From the NCBI RefSeq assembly GCF_009914755.1, contig NC_060929.1: a stretch of 64,000 nucleotides of DNA. One strand, 5' to 3'. The notes beneath the pieces are model-generated. The model saw only the letters and a list, made by a program, of their open reading frames with translations, did no database searches and was not told the origin of the DNA. The stretch is from the human T2T-CHM13v2.0 reference genome, Homo sapiens. Shown here one piece after another: positions 28,798 through 41,907 of the stretch; positions within the stretch are counted from its first letter, which is position 1, and each line of letters begins with the position of its first letter. Both the position numbers and the translations under genes were made by a program.

Positions 28798-29595
28798 CTG
28801 GGAAAGGGTTGCTTTCTGGAGCTTCCTTTTGATTTACAAGCCAGAATCCCCTTTCTAGTGTTTCAAAAAGATTCTGAATTGGTCCCGGCACTGGCTTATA
28901 ACATCATCCGAATAAATTATTTAGCCATTCTGACCTTCAGTTTCTTAAATTGCAAATTAGGAATAACACTTGTACGAATGAAGCCACGTACAATACATAC
29001 AAACAGACATACACAGACACACGTACATATATGTATCTGTATGCATACATATCTATAGAGACAGGGAGTGACAGAGAGAGAGAGACAGATCGAAGAAATG
29101 AATCTTATGGTGAAAGCTTTTTGTAAACAATGATTATTGGAACACTGGCTTTCCATAGTCTCCTTGTTGTTCTTTCTCCTCAGGGATATGTAGCTTGAGG
29201 AGATCGCTTTCCCTCTCTGTTGAATAGAATATTCCAAATATCCATTGTCAGCTGCTCTGCTCTGCTGCTGTGCTGACCTGTCTTGGGACATGGCCTAGGG
29301 TGGAAGGGTGGGGCTGGAAAGCTTCTCTTTATGGAGATGGGTACTGTCTTGTGTCTGACTTTAAGCCATTTGAACAGCTGACTTTGAACCATTCTGAGTC
29401 TCAACCTCTAAGTGAGGCTTTTCCTGGCTCTCCAAACTGCTAAAATGACTGGCACTGCAGCTGAAAAACTTCCAAGAGACTAGACCCATCCCTTCCGGGT
29501 ACAGGCAAGGAAACGGCAAATTGGGCAGTAGGAGGGTTGTGAGCTGGAGTGTGTCCCCATTGGAGAGAAAAAAAAGAGTCCATTGGGTTCATGAT

Positions 29596-29621
29596 GCAGA
29601 GAGAGATAAAGAGAGGAAGAA

Positions 29622-29652
<31 letters not shown>
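29596..29652. repeat. GA-rich/(GA)n repeat
   Basis: Imperfect GA run. Confidence 0.85.
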
Positions 29653-29653
<1 letters not shown>

Positions 29654-30289
29654 CCCAGAGAAAGTAGGCCCAGCACAAAATCTGTGGCCTAGACCTTTGG
29701 CTTTACCCGCTATCCTATCCAGGCAAGGCCCCAGGGCACCATGCAGTGTTGAGTGCAGTGCAGACTGAAAGCCCTTCCATGTTAGTATGTGCAGCCTGGT
29801 ATGCTCTGCCCCCTTCACCCCTAGGTTTTCTGTTTATCCTCTGGCCTTATCCCTCTCTGGGGTGTCTCTTCTTTTGACTGGGAGCCAGGAGTCCTGAATT
29901 TTAATCCTTTCTCTGCTTCCAGTCAGCTCTATGTCCTTGGGCAATCAATTAGCATTCCTCTTGGCCTCAACTTCCTTATTTAATAAAAAATGGTGAAATG
30001 AGCAATAGGCACAAGGCAAGAAGGATTAAGCCCAGTCATCTCTAACTCCCTTCATGTTCTATGTCAATGCTTCCTTAGGGGGTTCCATGCTAACATCCTA
30101 CCAGGGTTTGCTTTCTTGAGGCAAAGCCACACACTTCAAACCTTCTCTTCTCTTAGCTTTGCCCACTCTGTCACCAGCATAATTTACTTTCCTAAACCCC
30201 TAGACCTGACTCTGCCTTCCAAGATGACAGAGAATGTATTAAATGCAGCCAGTGCTAAGCAATATTAATTTTACCTAATCTGCAACAAT

Positions 30290-30520
30290 AAGCATGGGAC
30301 TTAGAGTCAAACAAACCCATGTAATAATCCTAGCTTATTAATTAAGGAATGACTTTAATATGGGATTTTAAAGTAAGGTATTAGACATCTCTCAGCCTCA
30401 ATTTCCACCTCTAATGGATTTAATAATACCTAATTTGTAAGGATGCAAGGCCTTAAATGGACACAAATCATGTAGCGCTCTTAGCACAGTGCCTGGCACA
30501 TAATGTGGGCTCAACAACTA
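30290..30520 (+). mobile_element. MIR
   Basis: gacttagagtcaaac...ctctcagcctcaatttcc...cttagcacagtgcctggcacata. Confidence 0.7.
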
Positions 30521-30629
30521 CAGTTGTCTTCCTTTGCCCAGCTGGGTAATATTAGTGTATACTCACAACCACATCCTGAAAATTCTACCTTACACTCAAG
30601 ATGATCACTGTGATGATGAGACTAAGTGG

Positions 30630-30715
30630 CCAGGGCTGCCCATCATCCAACTCCAAGGGATGTCATCCATATAAAATGATACTGTAAATGGTATTCCAAG
30701 GGGGCAGCACTGTCA
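30630..30715. mobile_element. MER91-like hAT fragment
   Basis: cagggctgccc...caactccaagggatgtcatccatat...tgtaaatggtattccaaggggg, an imperfect internal palindrome typical of MER91. Confidence 0.45.
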
Positions 30716-31454
30716 GTAGGGCTGAAGTCAAACCATGTCAGCAATTTTTATCTCTTTCTTTCTAAACACTTGCTGGCATGCCACTCTGTTTCCCCCTTTA
30801 AACTGGTGGCTTCTTCTTCAGTCTCTTCCTTCCTTACTCAACCTACATAATTAGGTGGGTTTCATCCTCTGAAGTCCAGTTCTGATTTGCCCTCCTCAAT
30901 ATCTTCCTAATATATGCCTAATTCAGCTAACCATAATTTCCCCCTTCACTTTTTCCTCGACTCATCCCCCATGTTCCTTTGCACATCACTCTGTTTCTGT
31001 AACCAACCCTGATTTCTCTTGTCCTCAAGATTTCCTACCTCCATGCTTTGCTCTTGCTATTTCCTCATCCTGAGAAGCTACCCCTATCCATCTCTGCCTA
31101 TCCCAGTGCTTTTTGTCAAAGCCAGCCAAAATCTTTCCAGATATCTCTCTCCTCTAAGTTACCATAGACCTTGATCTTTAATTCTCCTGTTTCTCTCCAA
31201 TTTGTATTTAGGTATTGCATGTTCTTGTCTTTTCAAACCCACTTGATGCTTGATGGGAACAATGGCAAATACCAATTTTAATATGCCTCACAGCACTTAA
31301 TGCAGAGCCGTACTCATAGGAGCTGTTTAACAGATAAGGATTAAATTGAACTCGGTCTACCTGAATGTACTGCCAAATTTGATCTAGATATTGTCATTTA
31401 ATAAGATGAAAACAAAGTTGCAGTCACTTCTTTGGAGTCTCACAAATAGCAGGG

Positions 31455-31792
31455 AGATAGCATGATGTAATGGTTATAAGACTCCATATCTGAGATCAGT
31501 CACTTGAACTACAGTGTCTAGAACAGATTAGGCATTTAAATGTTTGCTTTTGTGAATAAACGGATAGATAGAGTTTGGATTTAAATTCTGAATCCACCTT
31601 TTCTTAACTGTGCTATCCAGCTAGGTTGCTTAACACTTCTAAGGCTCAGTCCCTTTATTGTTAAGATAGGATGGCAATAGTACCTCCACTTGGAGGTTTT
31701 ATAAATATTGAACCTAATCATGAATATAACACAGTAAAGGATCTAACAGATAGTGAACCCCTAATAATAACAGTTATTATTATTATTATTGT
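31455..31792 (+). mobile_element. MIR fragments with (TTA)n tail
   Basis: tagcatgatgtaatggtt..., ttgcttaacacttctaaggctcagt, aatagtacctcc. Confidence 0.55.
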
Positions 31793-34700
31793 TATATTAA
31801 TCATTACCTAAACTGTTGGCCTGTACAAATATGGTCTAATTTAACTCAGCATCACTTTACTTGCAAAGATGCATTGCTGCTTAAAAATTCTGATAGGTAG
31901 TATGACTGCATTTTTTAAATTAAGAAAAACCTGTAAGTTAATAAACTTCCGCAAATTAGGAAAGGACTTTACTCAAGTTGCACACCTTCTTTTTAAGAAT
32001 GTGTGAATTGCATGGGGGTGAGGTGCAAAAACTGGTGTTTGAAAAAGAAATTAAAAATAGGTCTTTAAGAAATAAAAATCTGTGTCTTTTGGCATTGCTA
32101 CAATGTAGAAAACGAATCTGCAGTATTTAGAACCATTGGCCAGATCGAAAGCTACGGTACCTAAATCCAGGCTAGATTTAGTTTCCCTGAAAGCCACCCA
32201 CAACTTCAAACGCTGTTTTCTAAATGCATGTGCTCAGAGTTTTGTTAATCCAAATATTAGGCATGATTTTAAAAATTGTAGAGAAACTAGCTAGTCAAAT
32301 GGAGGATCTTGGAACTGTAGGATTTACAACTCAAATGGATCTTGGAGGTAATCTAGCTCAAACTCCAAACTGTGCAGATGAAAATATGTAAGGCCCAGAG
32401 CAGTCTTATAATTGCCTGGTAACTTTCCTTTCATGGCACAGAAGAACTTACTACACCTTTTGGTGCCATCACAGGACTTTATGAATGAATGGCTTTTGCA
32501 CAAAAGCGAGGACAATGTCAGAATCAGTTCACTTCATAGGCTTCATCACTTGGTAAGAAGAGAAAGCCAACAAGTTCTGGGGAGTTAAGTGCTCCTTCAC
32601 TGAATAAGTGATAAGTATTAATAAATTGCTTTTGCAAGGCATGACCCCAGAGCTGACAATAAGCTTTTCCTATAGGCTCCATGCAGAAGGCTGGAGTATG
32701 TCCAATAACCAAACCAAACCAAAACAAAAAACTGAGCTTCACATTAATATAACATTCAGAATACAGCTTTGCAAATGGTTAAAAAGGAAGTCTTTCTAGT
32801 ACTTCTGAGGCTAAACTCCACTGGAGAGTGCCAGCACATCTATAATGACAAGGTTCAGATATACTGGCAAATTATTTGTAAGTAATTTTCATAATCCTAT
32901 AGAGGAAAGAATTAGTTCTCTATATGGAGTCTTCATTCCTACTTTTAAAATTTCTTTTTCTTCTCCTTTTTCTTGTCAATGATACAACTCTACTATTCCA
33001 GATACATAAGCTAGAGGCAAGTAGGAAGTTCTGAATTAAAGGGCTGAGAGCAGTTTTTAAAAATTAATTCCATGTGCTGTTAATAAGTGTTATCTGAACA
33101 AAATTTAAGTGCTTGGAAAACATTGTATTAGTTAAATTTAAATAGGATTCATCACTAAAATATTCCTTAGGCATTTTACATGCTAAAGTACACTGTGAAT
33201 CCTTTGGGAGAGTTGTGTAGAATATAATGTTCAGCACTTTCCTAACTGATTTGATTTTTTTACCCACAAATCCTACTTTAGTAGTAGGGTACTAGAGCAT
33301 GAGTAACCAAAAAGCAGTTTAACTATGACTTGAAAACTTCTAAATTACATCAAATGCCATAAGAGGAAAAAAATGAAAATCATTTATCCTTGAGTAAATT
33401 CTTCTTCTTGGCTTCTTCAAAGGATGATCTCTACACAGGTAAAATGAGGGTAAAGTTCTTGGCTAAAATGCAAAGCAAGCATTTAATACAAGCAAGTGTT
33501 TTGCTAAGCATAGAACTATGCTGGAAGCTGGAAGAGGTCATAGGAAGACTTGCATCATGCCCAAAATGTAAAAGTTAAAAATGAAGCTTCTTTCATTCAA
33601 GGTGTGGAGAGAATAGAGGGAGTTGGAGTCAGTTCCCTGCCAGGCTCCTGCTGCCTTTTCCCCACCTCTAGTGACCCATCAGAGATTCTTCAAAATCTGG
33701 GGACTCTGTGGGATACAGTTAAAAATAACACATTTTTATATGTACACAACTCCCTCACTTTCTAAGTTTGTGAGAAAGGGGGTAAATTGTTAATTACCAG
33801 AAAAAATAACGTTTGTAGAAAATGGTGCTATAAAGCAAAAAGCCCTCTTGTTTTGATGAATAATTTGTTGGAACTAGCTGAATTTAGGCTTAGGAAGCTG
33901 GAGAGAGGTGACTAGTTAGGCAAAATCATCTAGAAATGTTAATCTAGTTACACAATCATCTAGAACGTTGGGTCTCAAAGGCAATTGAAGGGTAATGAAA
34001 GAAAAGAAGTGAAAAATGGTAAAGGAGAAGATTCAGTCAGAGGATATGAGGCTGAGGTGTACAGTGTTATAGATGTTGTCAGGGGCTGTTATCCTAGGGC
34101 AGAAGATTTGTAATTAAAGACAAGTCTAAAATTTGGTTTTAAATTATGTACATTATTGTGATTATAAGCCATTCCTGGCCTCTTCAGATCTTCAGTAAAA
34201 TCTAAAAAACATTGTGGAAATGAACATGAAGCAAGTTTCATGTCTCAGAATGGGACATGGACAGACTGCGTGGGATAATTAAGCCATAAAATGATATAAT
34301 CCAGTAGTAGAAAGGGACCTACCATACAAATATAAGAAATGTAGACATTAGCAGAAATCATAGAGAAAGTCATGCACTTTCATAGAGTATACAATGAATG
34401 GTTGGTAATGTTATTTAAATTTTAAGGAACAGAGCAGTCCCGGCTAATGGACCATTCTGAGTAACAGAAGAAAGTTATGATTTTATGTGGAGGAACATTT
34501 CCACTCCAATGACTTGGAGTTTTCACCATCGAGAAATGCCAACAACCCCCAAATGAGTTGGCCTATATTTGTAATGATCAATTAGCCACATCTACCTGAA
34601 TGCCTTACTCATGCTTTAAATTCAGCATGACCCTGATGGTACCTTCCCCACTTCCTCCCAAGTCCCTGTGTCTTTGTTTCCTGACTCTGTGAATGCTTCC

Positions 34701-35752
34701 ATTACCTGTCCTGCTTATCCTGAACTCTTTTCTCCCATTCATATCACATAGCCAACTAGTCACTGAATCATTTTAATTTTCATTGCTTGCGTATTATCCC
34801 CTTCTGTGTTTTTTCGCTTCCCCAGTGTAGCTTGCATTACCTTGCTGAAACAGTTCTAAGCACCTATTAACTGCTCGCTCTCTCCATTCCATCAATCCTC
34901 CAGGCTGCGTCAATTATTACATAAAACACAGATCATGTCAAGTCATGCTACTTTTAAAGTTTATTATCTAGCTCCCCATTGCTCACAGGATGAGGTTCTC
35001 TGTAGCCTGGTTAAAAGATTTCTGGAAAATGTATTCTTACACCACTCCAAGCTTTATCTCCTTTCATTCCCCATCCTATATGCTATGCCACAAGGTCACA
35101 CATACTATTTTCACTGCCTAATCTTTTCTCTTCATCTTTTGTCTTTTTCCACAAAGACCTTGGGTCCAAGCAAAACATTCATGCTGTGTCTCTTTAGCAT
35201 AATTCGAAATGTCAGTGAAAGATAAAAATAAGAGATCTGATAAGGATTTGTGTTCTTTCTTCAGATGATGTTTGCATTGTTTAATATTTTAACTCAAAAG
35301 AATAAATAATATGTACAATTCAGTATGTTGTGTCACACTCGCAGGAAAAACTGTGATTGCTCAAATTATACCTCACAGGTAATGAACATCCTACATGTTT
35401 GGCTGGGCTTGACCAATGAAGTGACCACTTTCTCAGGGTAACCATTCCTTATAAGGCTGCGTATGTAGTATAAAAGGCATAGGATATAGTTTAAGAATAG
35501 AGTTTGAGTATCTGTGTTATCATTCACTGTTGAAGGGGTCTTAAGAAAAATATATCACTTTTTTGAACCTCATTTTTTAAATCTGTAAGACAATATCTAC
35601 TTCTCAGTGTTGTTATGCATTTCAAATGGAATTAGGGATATTAAAAGACTCTGCAAATGGTAGAGAAAGGATATTGCAATCTATAAAGCACTACACAAAT
35701 GTGAAAAAGGGTGCTATGAAAAGACAACTAGACATGGAGTCAAAATACATGG

Positions 35753-36195
35753 TGTTATGGGTTGATCTGTGGTCCACAAAAATACACGTTAAAGTCCTAA
35801 CCCCTGCTACATGTGAGTGTGACATTATTTGGAAATTGGTTCCTTGCAGAGGTAATTGAGATGAGGTTATTAGAGCAGGCCCTAATTCAATATGACTGGT
35901 ATCCTTATAAGCAAAGGAAAACACAGAGACACATGAGAAAATGGCATGAGAAAAAGGAGACAGAGACTGGAGTGATGCATGTATAAGCCAAGTAACACTC
36001 AGGCTTCCCAGCCACCACCAGAACCTAGGAGAGAGGCATGAAACAGATTCTTTTTTAGAGTCCTCAGAAGGAACCAACCCTGCTGACATTGATTTCAGAC
36101 TTCTAGGTTTCAGAACTGTGAGATAATATATTTTTATTCTTTTAAGAAACCCAATTAGTGGTACTTTGCTATTGCAGCCCCAGGGACCTAATATA
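35753..36195 (+). mobile_element. MLT1C-like MaLR solo LTR
   Basis: tgttatgggttg...aagtcctaacccc...gaaggaaccaaccctgctgaca...taatata; 5-bp TSD catgg/catag. Confidence 0.88.
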
Positions 36196-36288
36196 CATAG
36201 GTATAATTTCAGCTTCATCACTTATGAGCTCTATAAATTCAAGTTAAATTATTTGAGGTTTCCCCCCTGACATTTTAAAGACACTTAC

Positions 36289-36997
36289 CTTTCTGTGATT
36301 GTTTCTCTGAGGCCACTTGCCACCCCTTTGACCACAGTGCTAGCTTTGGGGGTCAGCACCACCTGAGATATAAAAAACGATCCCTTCTTTCTTCTCTCAG
36401 TGATGGATGCTTGAAGAAACTGGATCAGTTTCTCGGGGTCTGTGGTGTTGGCCCAGGGTGCTGGCATCATCTGCCCAGGCCAGAGAAAGGGCACTTCCAG
36501 AGCCACTGGACTATGGTAGAAGACCAGCACTTGATAGTCCTTCTCCCACAGGTACTTTAAACTAACTTCCTGGGCAAAAATCGCTGGGCACATTTTATTT
36601 CCATAGATGTCTTTCAGCATTTGGACCAGTTTTTCATGGTGATATTTCTGCATCCCATAAAAGTGGTTGAAGTCCAAGAACACTACCTCCTTATGGTGAT
36701 CTGTGAGGAATGCATTGATCTCCTCAAGGCCTTCATTGACTTTGGCACTGAACAAACCATGAGCAAAATAGAGTTCATTGTCGGGGTCTCTGGGCTTGGT
36801 GGAAATTCGAAGATCAAAATAACGAATTCCAGCTCCTAGCTGGCCAGTAAAATTCATTGTCTGAGTGGCTAACCATTTCCGCATGAGCTTTTTGGCCACA
36901 GTTCCAAACACAGAGACAAAATTCTGGACAGTTTCTGGCTGCTCAGGACCTACTGGAGAGGCTTCATCAATGTAGAAGCTGAAGGAATCATGAGACC
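36289..36997 (-). CDS. PLCXD3: PLCXD3 internal coding exon 2 (709 bp), encoding most of the PI-PLC X domain
   Basis: ORF 36285-37070 contains GSHDSFSFYIDEASPVGPEQPETVQNFVSVFG...GIRYFDLRI...YFAHGL...LRETITER, which I recognise as PLCXD3 (PI-PLC X-box motifs GSHDS, GIRYFDLR, HG). Minus-strand acceptor ttattctcctAG|GGTCTCAT at 36998/36997 and donor GAAAG|GTAAGT at 36289/36288. Phase 1 in, phase 2 out. Confidence 0.97.
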
Positions 36998-37661
36998 CTA
37001 GGAGAATAACAAGGCATAGTGTGGTTAATTTCCACGTCTTTTCCCTTCCCAACTTCTTTCCCTCTTGCAATATCCATACCTCTCCCTCAAATGAGCCACA
37101 GAAAATACTAAGAAATGTAATACTAGTTATTTTTTATGCCTTAGGAGGGTCCTTTATATAAATTGACATAAGACACAGAACACTTCAATAGATCAAATTG
37201 GTTATTAAACAATAAGAAGATTTCCTTATAATTAAATTTAAAATTTAAATAATCATCTATTCTGTGTACCAAGAATGTAATACACTCACTAGAATTGGCT
37301 TTCCTTATGGGTGACTTAAGTGATCATTCATAAAGCGATATCTATGAAGACTCACCAATACCCAAATACTTTGCAGTCTTACCCTTTTCCTTGATTTTGG
37401 GTTGATTTTAAGCCTAGAAGGATTGTCTCAATGAATAAAGATGCCCTTTTCACAGGCAATCAGCATATGAAGTGTTACCTCATTCACTTCGGAAGGCACA
37501 AGAGGTCAAAGTGATAGGGGAAAGGAGAAATAAGACAAGAAGGCAGTACCATGCTGACATATTTAACTTCATTCCTGACCTTGTGTTTGGGCAATTGTAA
37601 ACTTAGATGAGGTCAAGTACTTTTCACATATTGAATAAATGATGAACTGTTCTTGCAAGTC

Positions 37662-37715
37662 AACAGCATTTAAAAATTAACAGCATTTAAAAATTGACAG
37701 CATTTAAAAATTAAC
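37662..37715. repeat. 17-bp tandem repeat, ~3.2 copies
   Basis: aacagcatttaaaaatt x2, gacagcatttaaaaatt, aac. Confidence 0.92.
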
Positions 37716-40036
37716 TAATAGACTCTTTTCTTCACAAATTTTCTCTCAACAGCATAAACTCTTTTGGGAATTGGCTTCTAAATTTAGAAGAATTTCTTCC
37801 TAGGAAGAAAAAGGACTATTTATTTGATTATTTTTGGCAGTTGCAAATTTCAAGACTCCAGAAATGTAGCAATGAACATGTGTGTGATTTGTCACAAATA
37901 GAGAGTGCCATTTGAAACTCTTTATTAGGACCCAATAAAGAAAAGTTATGTCAAGGTTGCATTTTATTTCTTAAAGCCTCCTTTTATTCTTAGGCATAAC
38001 CCACTGAAGAGCTAAAATTAAATTAACATATTCTAAAAATTTCATACATTAGAGGGTAGATATGCTTTAAATTCTGACACCCTTTCCTGTTTCATGACCT
38101 TGTCCTAGTACCATCATTCCCTATCTGATACTCAGGCTTCCTCTGAGTGCACTTTGTTGCCCCATTCCTGATTTCCCTTCCTTGAGGCATATCTTTTCCT
38201 AGTTCTTTCACTCCCCAACCCAAAACTCACATACATATAAATACACACAAACACACACAGAAACCTTAAGTTTATCCATACAACACTTCAAAGCCTTGGT
38301 CTTATAAGCTATTTGAAGCATTTTTTTTCAGTGATGCAATATATACCTACGTCTATATTCCATATCTATGTATATTTCTATATTTATGTATATATATCCA
38401 TGTATCTCTCTATCCAGCTTTAACAGCCCATAAGAATCACAAGTGCCTAAATTTCAGACACTGTGGTAAGTTGTTAAAGAAAATAATTTGTAAAATATTT
38501 TGATACCCTGAAAATCATAACCTTTAAAATTTAGATAAGTTCTCAGAATGATTTCCTTTTTCAAAAACTATAAAAGATAACCCAAATATACAGAAATGCC
38601 ATGTTTAATTTAATCTGAAACTGCATGCCTTATCTTTAGTAGATGGTGTGGCAAGAAAATGTCAGTCCTTTCTGAATAAGCAAAGCTGGGAGTTAGGTTC
38701 TGATTGGCAAATTTTAATAAGCATTTAAATTGCTGCATACTGATTTATTAGTTGCTATTCATTTGACTGCTAATTGAAGTGAAAGCTAAACAAATGATGC
38801 TAAAACTCAATATATACAAAGAAGTGTGTCTACAGATAGAAATGAAAGAAAGTTTAAGAAGAATTATGATTAAATGATCTAAGATTAGGAGAGGTAATAA
38901 ATACACTTATTTAAAAATAAATTTAAACTCTCAAAATAAGAGTTTAAAAAGTTAGTTTCCAGGCACATGAAGGGAAAGGTAGATGAAAGTAATTGGTTAC
39001 TTCTGTAATCTAGTAGAAATTATACTTGGAGGCAGGCAAAAAGGGAATTAAGTATAACTAGATTTCTTTTACTAGAAATGAGTGGTTCTCTGTTTTCAAT
39101 ATGGCTTTAGTTTCACCTTTCTATCACATGGTTATGTGGCAAGTAAAAAAATTGTAAAAATAAAATTTTAAAGGCAAGGAAATCACCACTTTTGAAAACA
39201 CTGTGAAAGGATATTATACTTGCTAGAGCACATGATTTCTTGATCTTCATGGAAAGTAGCTTCTTAAGGTCAAAATAAGGGAATGTTAAAAATAAAAATA
39301 GGCAGAAGGAGAAACCAATGGTGGCTTCACCAGTATGTGTTTTGAGCCACATGACTCTGAGGTGTAGCCACAGCACCTCGTATAAAATGGTGCTTCACAC
39401 TGTAAATATTATTAGAAAAGAAAATAAAACCAATAGATACAAAACAGTATCTATGCATTTTGTAAGAAATATATAATATAGTGTTGGCTAAAAAATGAAT
39501 ATTTTGATGACTTTTAATTTTATTTGGAATAGTACTTCCCAATTTCAACATTTTCACTGAACTAGTAAGTTTTCTATTTGTTTGAATGTAAAGCAAAAAT
39601 ACAACAGGACTTCATAACCATTCAATAATTGAGAGGAAAAGCCTAACCTCGTGTCTTTAAAGCCAGGAGTCCTCTTTGATCTTGAACTTTTCGGCTATAT
39701 CTGGTCTGATATTTTGCTTCTACATTGACTTGGTATTCTTGGGCTTCTGACCTTTTATTCTTCTCTCATCCACAGTCTCAAACTCATACCTTGGACCTGG
39801 TACTTAATGTTACTCCTCTGATGTTGAGTTTAGTTTCTCATCTTTAGTTTCCATTTGCCCTCTCTCCTCAGACAAGGGCTAACCACTCCCATTATAAACC
39901 CAGTCCCATCAAGCTTGGTTGCTTTGGCTCTGAATAAATAAATGTAATCAGAGCAACTATTTATTTCATTTCTTGGAAATAAGCACTTTAATTTGTTTCT
40001 CCTCAGTGTGATAAATTGTACCCTCATTCAGGCACT

Positions 40037-40546
40037 GTGGGAAGCACACTTCTAAGATGGCACCTAACAATCCTTGCCCTCCTGCATTCATACCCCTCTC
40101 TGTGAGTGTGGGCTGAACCTATGACCTGCTTCTAATGAATTACATAGGACAAACATGATGGGATGCCGCTTCTGAGATTAGGTTACAAAAGGTTATAACT
40201 TCTGTCTTGTTACTTTTTTCCTTGCTTTGATGAGTGAACTGCCATGTTGGAGAGGCCCATGTGACACAGAGGTTGTAGTGGCCCTTGACCAAAACCAGCT
40301 GGGAGCAGAGGTCTTTAGACTAACAGCTCTGAAGGAACTGAATCCTGTTAACAGCCAATGAGTAAGCTTGGAAATAATCCTGCATGAGTGAGATCTTGAT
40401 TGCAGCCCTGTGAGAGAGACCGAAGCAGGGAACCCAGTTAAGTAATGCTTAGCTTCCTGATTCATAGACGTACACAGAAACTCTGTGTTGTTTTACGCCA
40501 CTAAATTCAGGGGTAATTGGTTATACAGCAATAGTTAACTAATACA
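40037..40546 (+). mobile_element. MLT1F-like MaLR solo LTR
   Basis: tgtgggaagcacacttctaagatggc...ctgtgagtgtgggctg...tgagattaggtta...taactaataca. Confidence 0.8.
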
Positions 40547-40912
40547 GGCCATAGCATCTCTTTGTAGTTAATGAAGGGACTTGTGGTCAATAGACCCAAC
40601 TGGCTAAAGGGAGGAGTTGGAATTTCAAAGAAGAGAAATTAACTATGGTTATGTTATATGCATGTTTCTATGCTTGAAAACTGTATCAGGTATGAGAAAA
40701 ATTTTAAAGATGGTTTAAAAAATATTCTTGAATTCACAAATGGACTTTCTTTTTTCCACATGCTGTTATGGATGATCTGAGATATCATCTGGCCTAACCA
40801 AATGGCACATAGCATCAATTTTATTACCTTATCTGTGTAGAATGTGTGTAATCATTTCTATATTTTATGATTTCCAGTAGTACTGGACTTAACTTCTCAT
40901 TCTGTCATTTGG

Positions 40913-41907
40913 TATGGTAGGAAGATTGCCCCCAAAACATCCTTCTGGTGACAAGACCTATATAATCCCTCCGCTTGAGTTTCATATTTTTCTTGTGACT
41001 ATGTCACATTATATAGAAATGAGACTTTTAAAAATATGTAATTAAGGTCCCTAATCAGTTGGCTCTTAGTTAATTAAAGAGAGATTATCCTGAGTGGGCC
41101 TGACTTGAGCAGACAAGCTCTTAAAAGAGACAACAAGCAGCAACAGAGCAAAATGCAGTGTTGTAGAGAAGGCCATACGGCAATGGAAGTCATTAATAGC
41201 TCACTAAAGTGGTATAAACATCAATTTAAACTGACAGCATCTGAACAATCAGCAGCAACAGAAAAAATATTATTCAAACTTAAGCAGACCCTCCTGAAAA
41301 TATAGTTGCCATTGCCTCCCCTTCTGATTGAAAAAAAGACTGATCCTTATCACCAGGAAGTGCAAATGTAGCTGTCCATAAGCATCATAAAGCCCAGTAG
41401 ACCATTCCATACTTTTCCAATTAAAATCTTAATCTTTTTGTTAAGTTTAGTATATGAGCCTTTATTTCTGGTTATTCAGGGAGTTACTCCTCACTGAGCA
41501 CTCCATCTGCATATCATGCATGTATAAATAAACCTTGTGTTTTCATCTGTTAATCTGTCCATTGACAGTTAGTTTGCAGGCCACCAATCACTGGACCCAA
41601 GATGAAAGGGAAAAGGTTTTCCTCAAAATATAGTGACTAAGTAGCCTCTAGGAGCTGAGGTCTGAGCTCCTACAACTCAAGAAACCACGTTCTGTGAACA
41701 ACCAGCAAGCTTGCAAAAGGAACCTTAGCCTCAAAAGAGATCGCAGTCTTGGTCAGCACTCTGATTTCTGATTCTAGCATGATCCTGAGCAGAGGATCCA
41801 GCTAATTCATATCCATCGTCCTTATTTACAGAAGCTGTGAGAAAATTTGTATTGTTTAAGCCACTATATTTGTGGTAATTTTAATGCAACAATAGAAAAC
41901 TAATACA
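40913..41907 (+). mobile_element. MLT1E-like MaLR LTR split by a nested LTR
   Basis: taaggtccctaatcagttg...gagattatcctgagtgggcctgac; resumes agcctctaggagctgag...aatagaaaactaataca. Confidence 0.75.
41183..41627 (+). mobile_element. Nested ERV1-class solo LTR (MER34/MER39 group-like)
   Basis: ataaataaacc...tttcatctgttaatctgtcc...tttgcaggcc...gaaaaggttttcctc is typical of this LTR group's 3' part. Confidence 0.5.

Noticed and set aside
28917-29818. Overlapping 74-124 aa minus-strand ORFs
   Set aside because: Run through CA/GA simple repeats; no recognisable domains or convincing splice structure.
35691-36221. 176-aa minus-strand ORF next to exon 2
   Set aside because: Almost entirely the antisense strand of the MLT1C-like LTR; no domain features.
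36998-37070. N-terminal extension of the 261-aa ORF (MQEGKKLG...VILL)
   Set aside because: Intronic read-through upstream of the splice acceptor with a non-ATG start; the real N-terminus comes from exon 1, outside this window.
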